This document shows, one piece after another, positions 7,988-9,291 of a stretch of DNA of 9,291 nucleotides. The translations under genes and the position numbers were made by a program. The DNA is from Zygnema circumcarinatum SAG 698-1b (lineage: Eukaryota > Plantae > Zygnematophyceae). Under the pieces are notes generated by a model, which searched no databases, was not told the DNA's origin, and was given only the letters and a program-made list of their open reading frames with translations. The number at the start of each line of letters is the position of its first letter. Positions within the stretch are counted from its first letter, which is position 1. The DNA is taken from positions 1 through 9,291 of the forward strand of contig JBBHKD010000054.1 of the NCBI GenBank assembly GCA_037447605.1, written 5' to 3'.

Positions 7988-8490
7988 CTCCCTGGTCTTC
8001 ACGTACAACACCTCTGTTCACTCCTCCACGGGTTTCTCTCCCTACGAGCTCCTCTATGGCCGTAAGCCCCGCATTCCCCTTGACCTCCTCTCTGCTGAGC
8101 CCCTCTTCCACGATGACGCTCCTCCCCCGGATCGGGTCGCCCAGCTTCAGCTCCTGGCCCTCCGCTTCCAAACCCTAGATTCCATGGCCTCCCACCACCT
8201 CGAACGCGCGCACAGGCGACAACTCACCGACTTGGGGCCAAGCCTTTGCTCTCAGCCAACCCAATCAGGTGGCGCCACGTCAGCTCATTTGGCTCGGGAA
8301 TCTTTCCAAACCTCCTCCACGGGCTTTTCCGTGGTTGGGCCCCTTCATTTGTGTCGGTCCGTCGGAGATCCCAGGTTGGGCCATCGTTTCGGAGGGCCCT
8401 GACTCTAGTGGGAACGCCCGGCGCTGGCGTTCACACTGGATCGACATTCGTGCCGCCACGTCAGCGGTTCCTCCCCCCCGCGATGGCTGA
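7988..8490 (+). pseudogene. Gypsy integrase C-terminal part, with a probable frameshift at ~8230-8270 into the GPF-motif frame
   Basis: The frame from 7983 reads IPSLVFTYNTSVHSSTGFSPYELLYGRKPRIPLD... and continues into ORF 8184-8402. The frame of ORF 8269-8490 contains LIWL...FPWLGPF, resembling the GPY/F motif. Confidence 0.85.
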
Positions 8491-9291
8491 CCGTTCGCGA
8501 CCGACAGCGCGGCCTCCTCTTTACCCCCCCTGCCATGACGACTCCTCATTGGTCCATTTCTCATTCCCGCCGCCAATTCTGCACTTCCCGCCACTTTTTG
8601 CCCCTTCGCCCACATTTCGCCAGCCCGCCGTCTCTTCCGATACGGTCCTCCCGATACTCCCCATTGCCGAATGTACGCGGAAGCTTCTCTAGACGGCCGC
8701 CGACTCGCCTCACGCGGCCCTCCGTCCACGTCATCATTGTCTCCTCCACGCCGCTGTCTCTTCATTAGCCCGGCGGCGCTTGTTATTTTCCCAGGCGTAT
8801 TGCCTACGGATATAGGCGTAGCGAATTTTGTGTTCCGCGGATCTGCGTCGATTCAGGCGCGACATATGCCTCTTAAGGTATCGCGGTCCGGCCCGGAATC
8901 GGGGCGCCAGCGGAGGAATGAGAAAGGCGGCCATGGATTGGCGGCCGCGGAGCGGCACACTATCGGCAAGGCGCACTGGGAACACCGCCTACGACGCCGA
9001 TTATCATTAGATTGACCTATCCGAAGGCTCCACGTAGTCGGTCGGGCCTCTCGGTGGGCAGTTATTGTCGGGGCTGTCCTTTGCTAAGGCTCAAGATCTA
9101 TTGTCGGTGTTAAGTAGATGGGATGTCATTGATGCTTGTTTGTCTTTTAGTCTTTGGGCTTAGTATTTGTATTCTTTGTATGGTTTGTTGTCTTGTTCTT
9201 CTCTTCTTCCTCTTCAGTTCCAGCAACAGATGCTAAGTGTGAGAGAGTTCCATGCCATAGATAGAGAGTTTTCTTAATGCATTAGCATTTA

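Larger units (their letters stand above)
1..8490 (+). mobile_element. Ty3/Gypsy LTR retrotransposon, pol region only (RT-RNase H-integrase), interrupted by a nested Copia element at 2715-7982; 5' part lies outside the window and the 3' LTR is not confidently located
   Basis: Domain order is RT, RNase H, integrase. Gypsy-type motifs: EWTVLPFGL, KSFLGLTSFYRRFI, HRPGRSHGNADGLSR, YYWPG...CTRC, SDNG...NGLAER, YNTSVHSSTGFSPYELLYGR and WLGPF. Confidence 0.92.

Noticed and set aside
8280-9015. Antisense or extra 3' ORF (8280-8765 minus, 8734-8985 minus, 8671-9015 plus) like those in some Tat/Athila elements, or a chromodomain
   Set aside because: All frames are open because of high GC content, the peptides are low-complexity, and no transmembrane, env-like or chromodomain aromatic-cage pattern is visible.
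9196-9217. Polypyrimidine tract plus CAG as the splice acceptor of a host exon
   Set aside because: CT-rich tracts are equally common in LTRs, and no downstream coding frame can be supported within the remaining 74 nt.
1-9291. CRISPR array, rRNA/tRNA genes or prokaryotic operon
   Set aside because: There are no regularly spaced repeats and no RNA-gene signatures. The tRNA-like match at 6931-6943 is the PBS.

Overview
Eukaryotic, probably plant or green-algal, repetitive DNA with no host gene. The window holds two nested LTR retrotransposons. (1) A + strand Ty3/Gypsy pol region in RT > RNase H > integrase order (1-2714, resuming at 7988-8490). (2) A Ty1/Copia element on the - strand (2715-7982) inserted into the Gypsy integrase ORF. 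The Copia element has TG...CA LTRs at 2715-3288 and 6946-7982, a 5-bp TSD (ATCCC), a tRNA-iMet-type PBS, a PPT, and gag > protease > integrase > RT > RNase H order. Removing the Copia element and one TSD copy restores the Gypsy integrase reading frame exactly. Two 10-N gaps hide the middle of the 3' LTR and the core of the Copia RT. The most unusual observations are: the Copia gag frame starts inside the 5' LTR and translates the PBS; the target site mimics the element's own PPT; the two LTRs are near-identical in one part and clearly divergent in another; the Gypsy integrase has DD34E spacing; and a cluster of Hex/Oct/E2F-like motifs follows the Gypsy integrase. I see no convincing evidence of a wholly new system, and several oddities may be assembly or sequencing artefacts.
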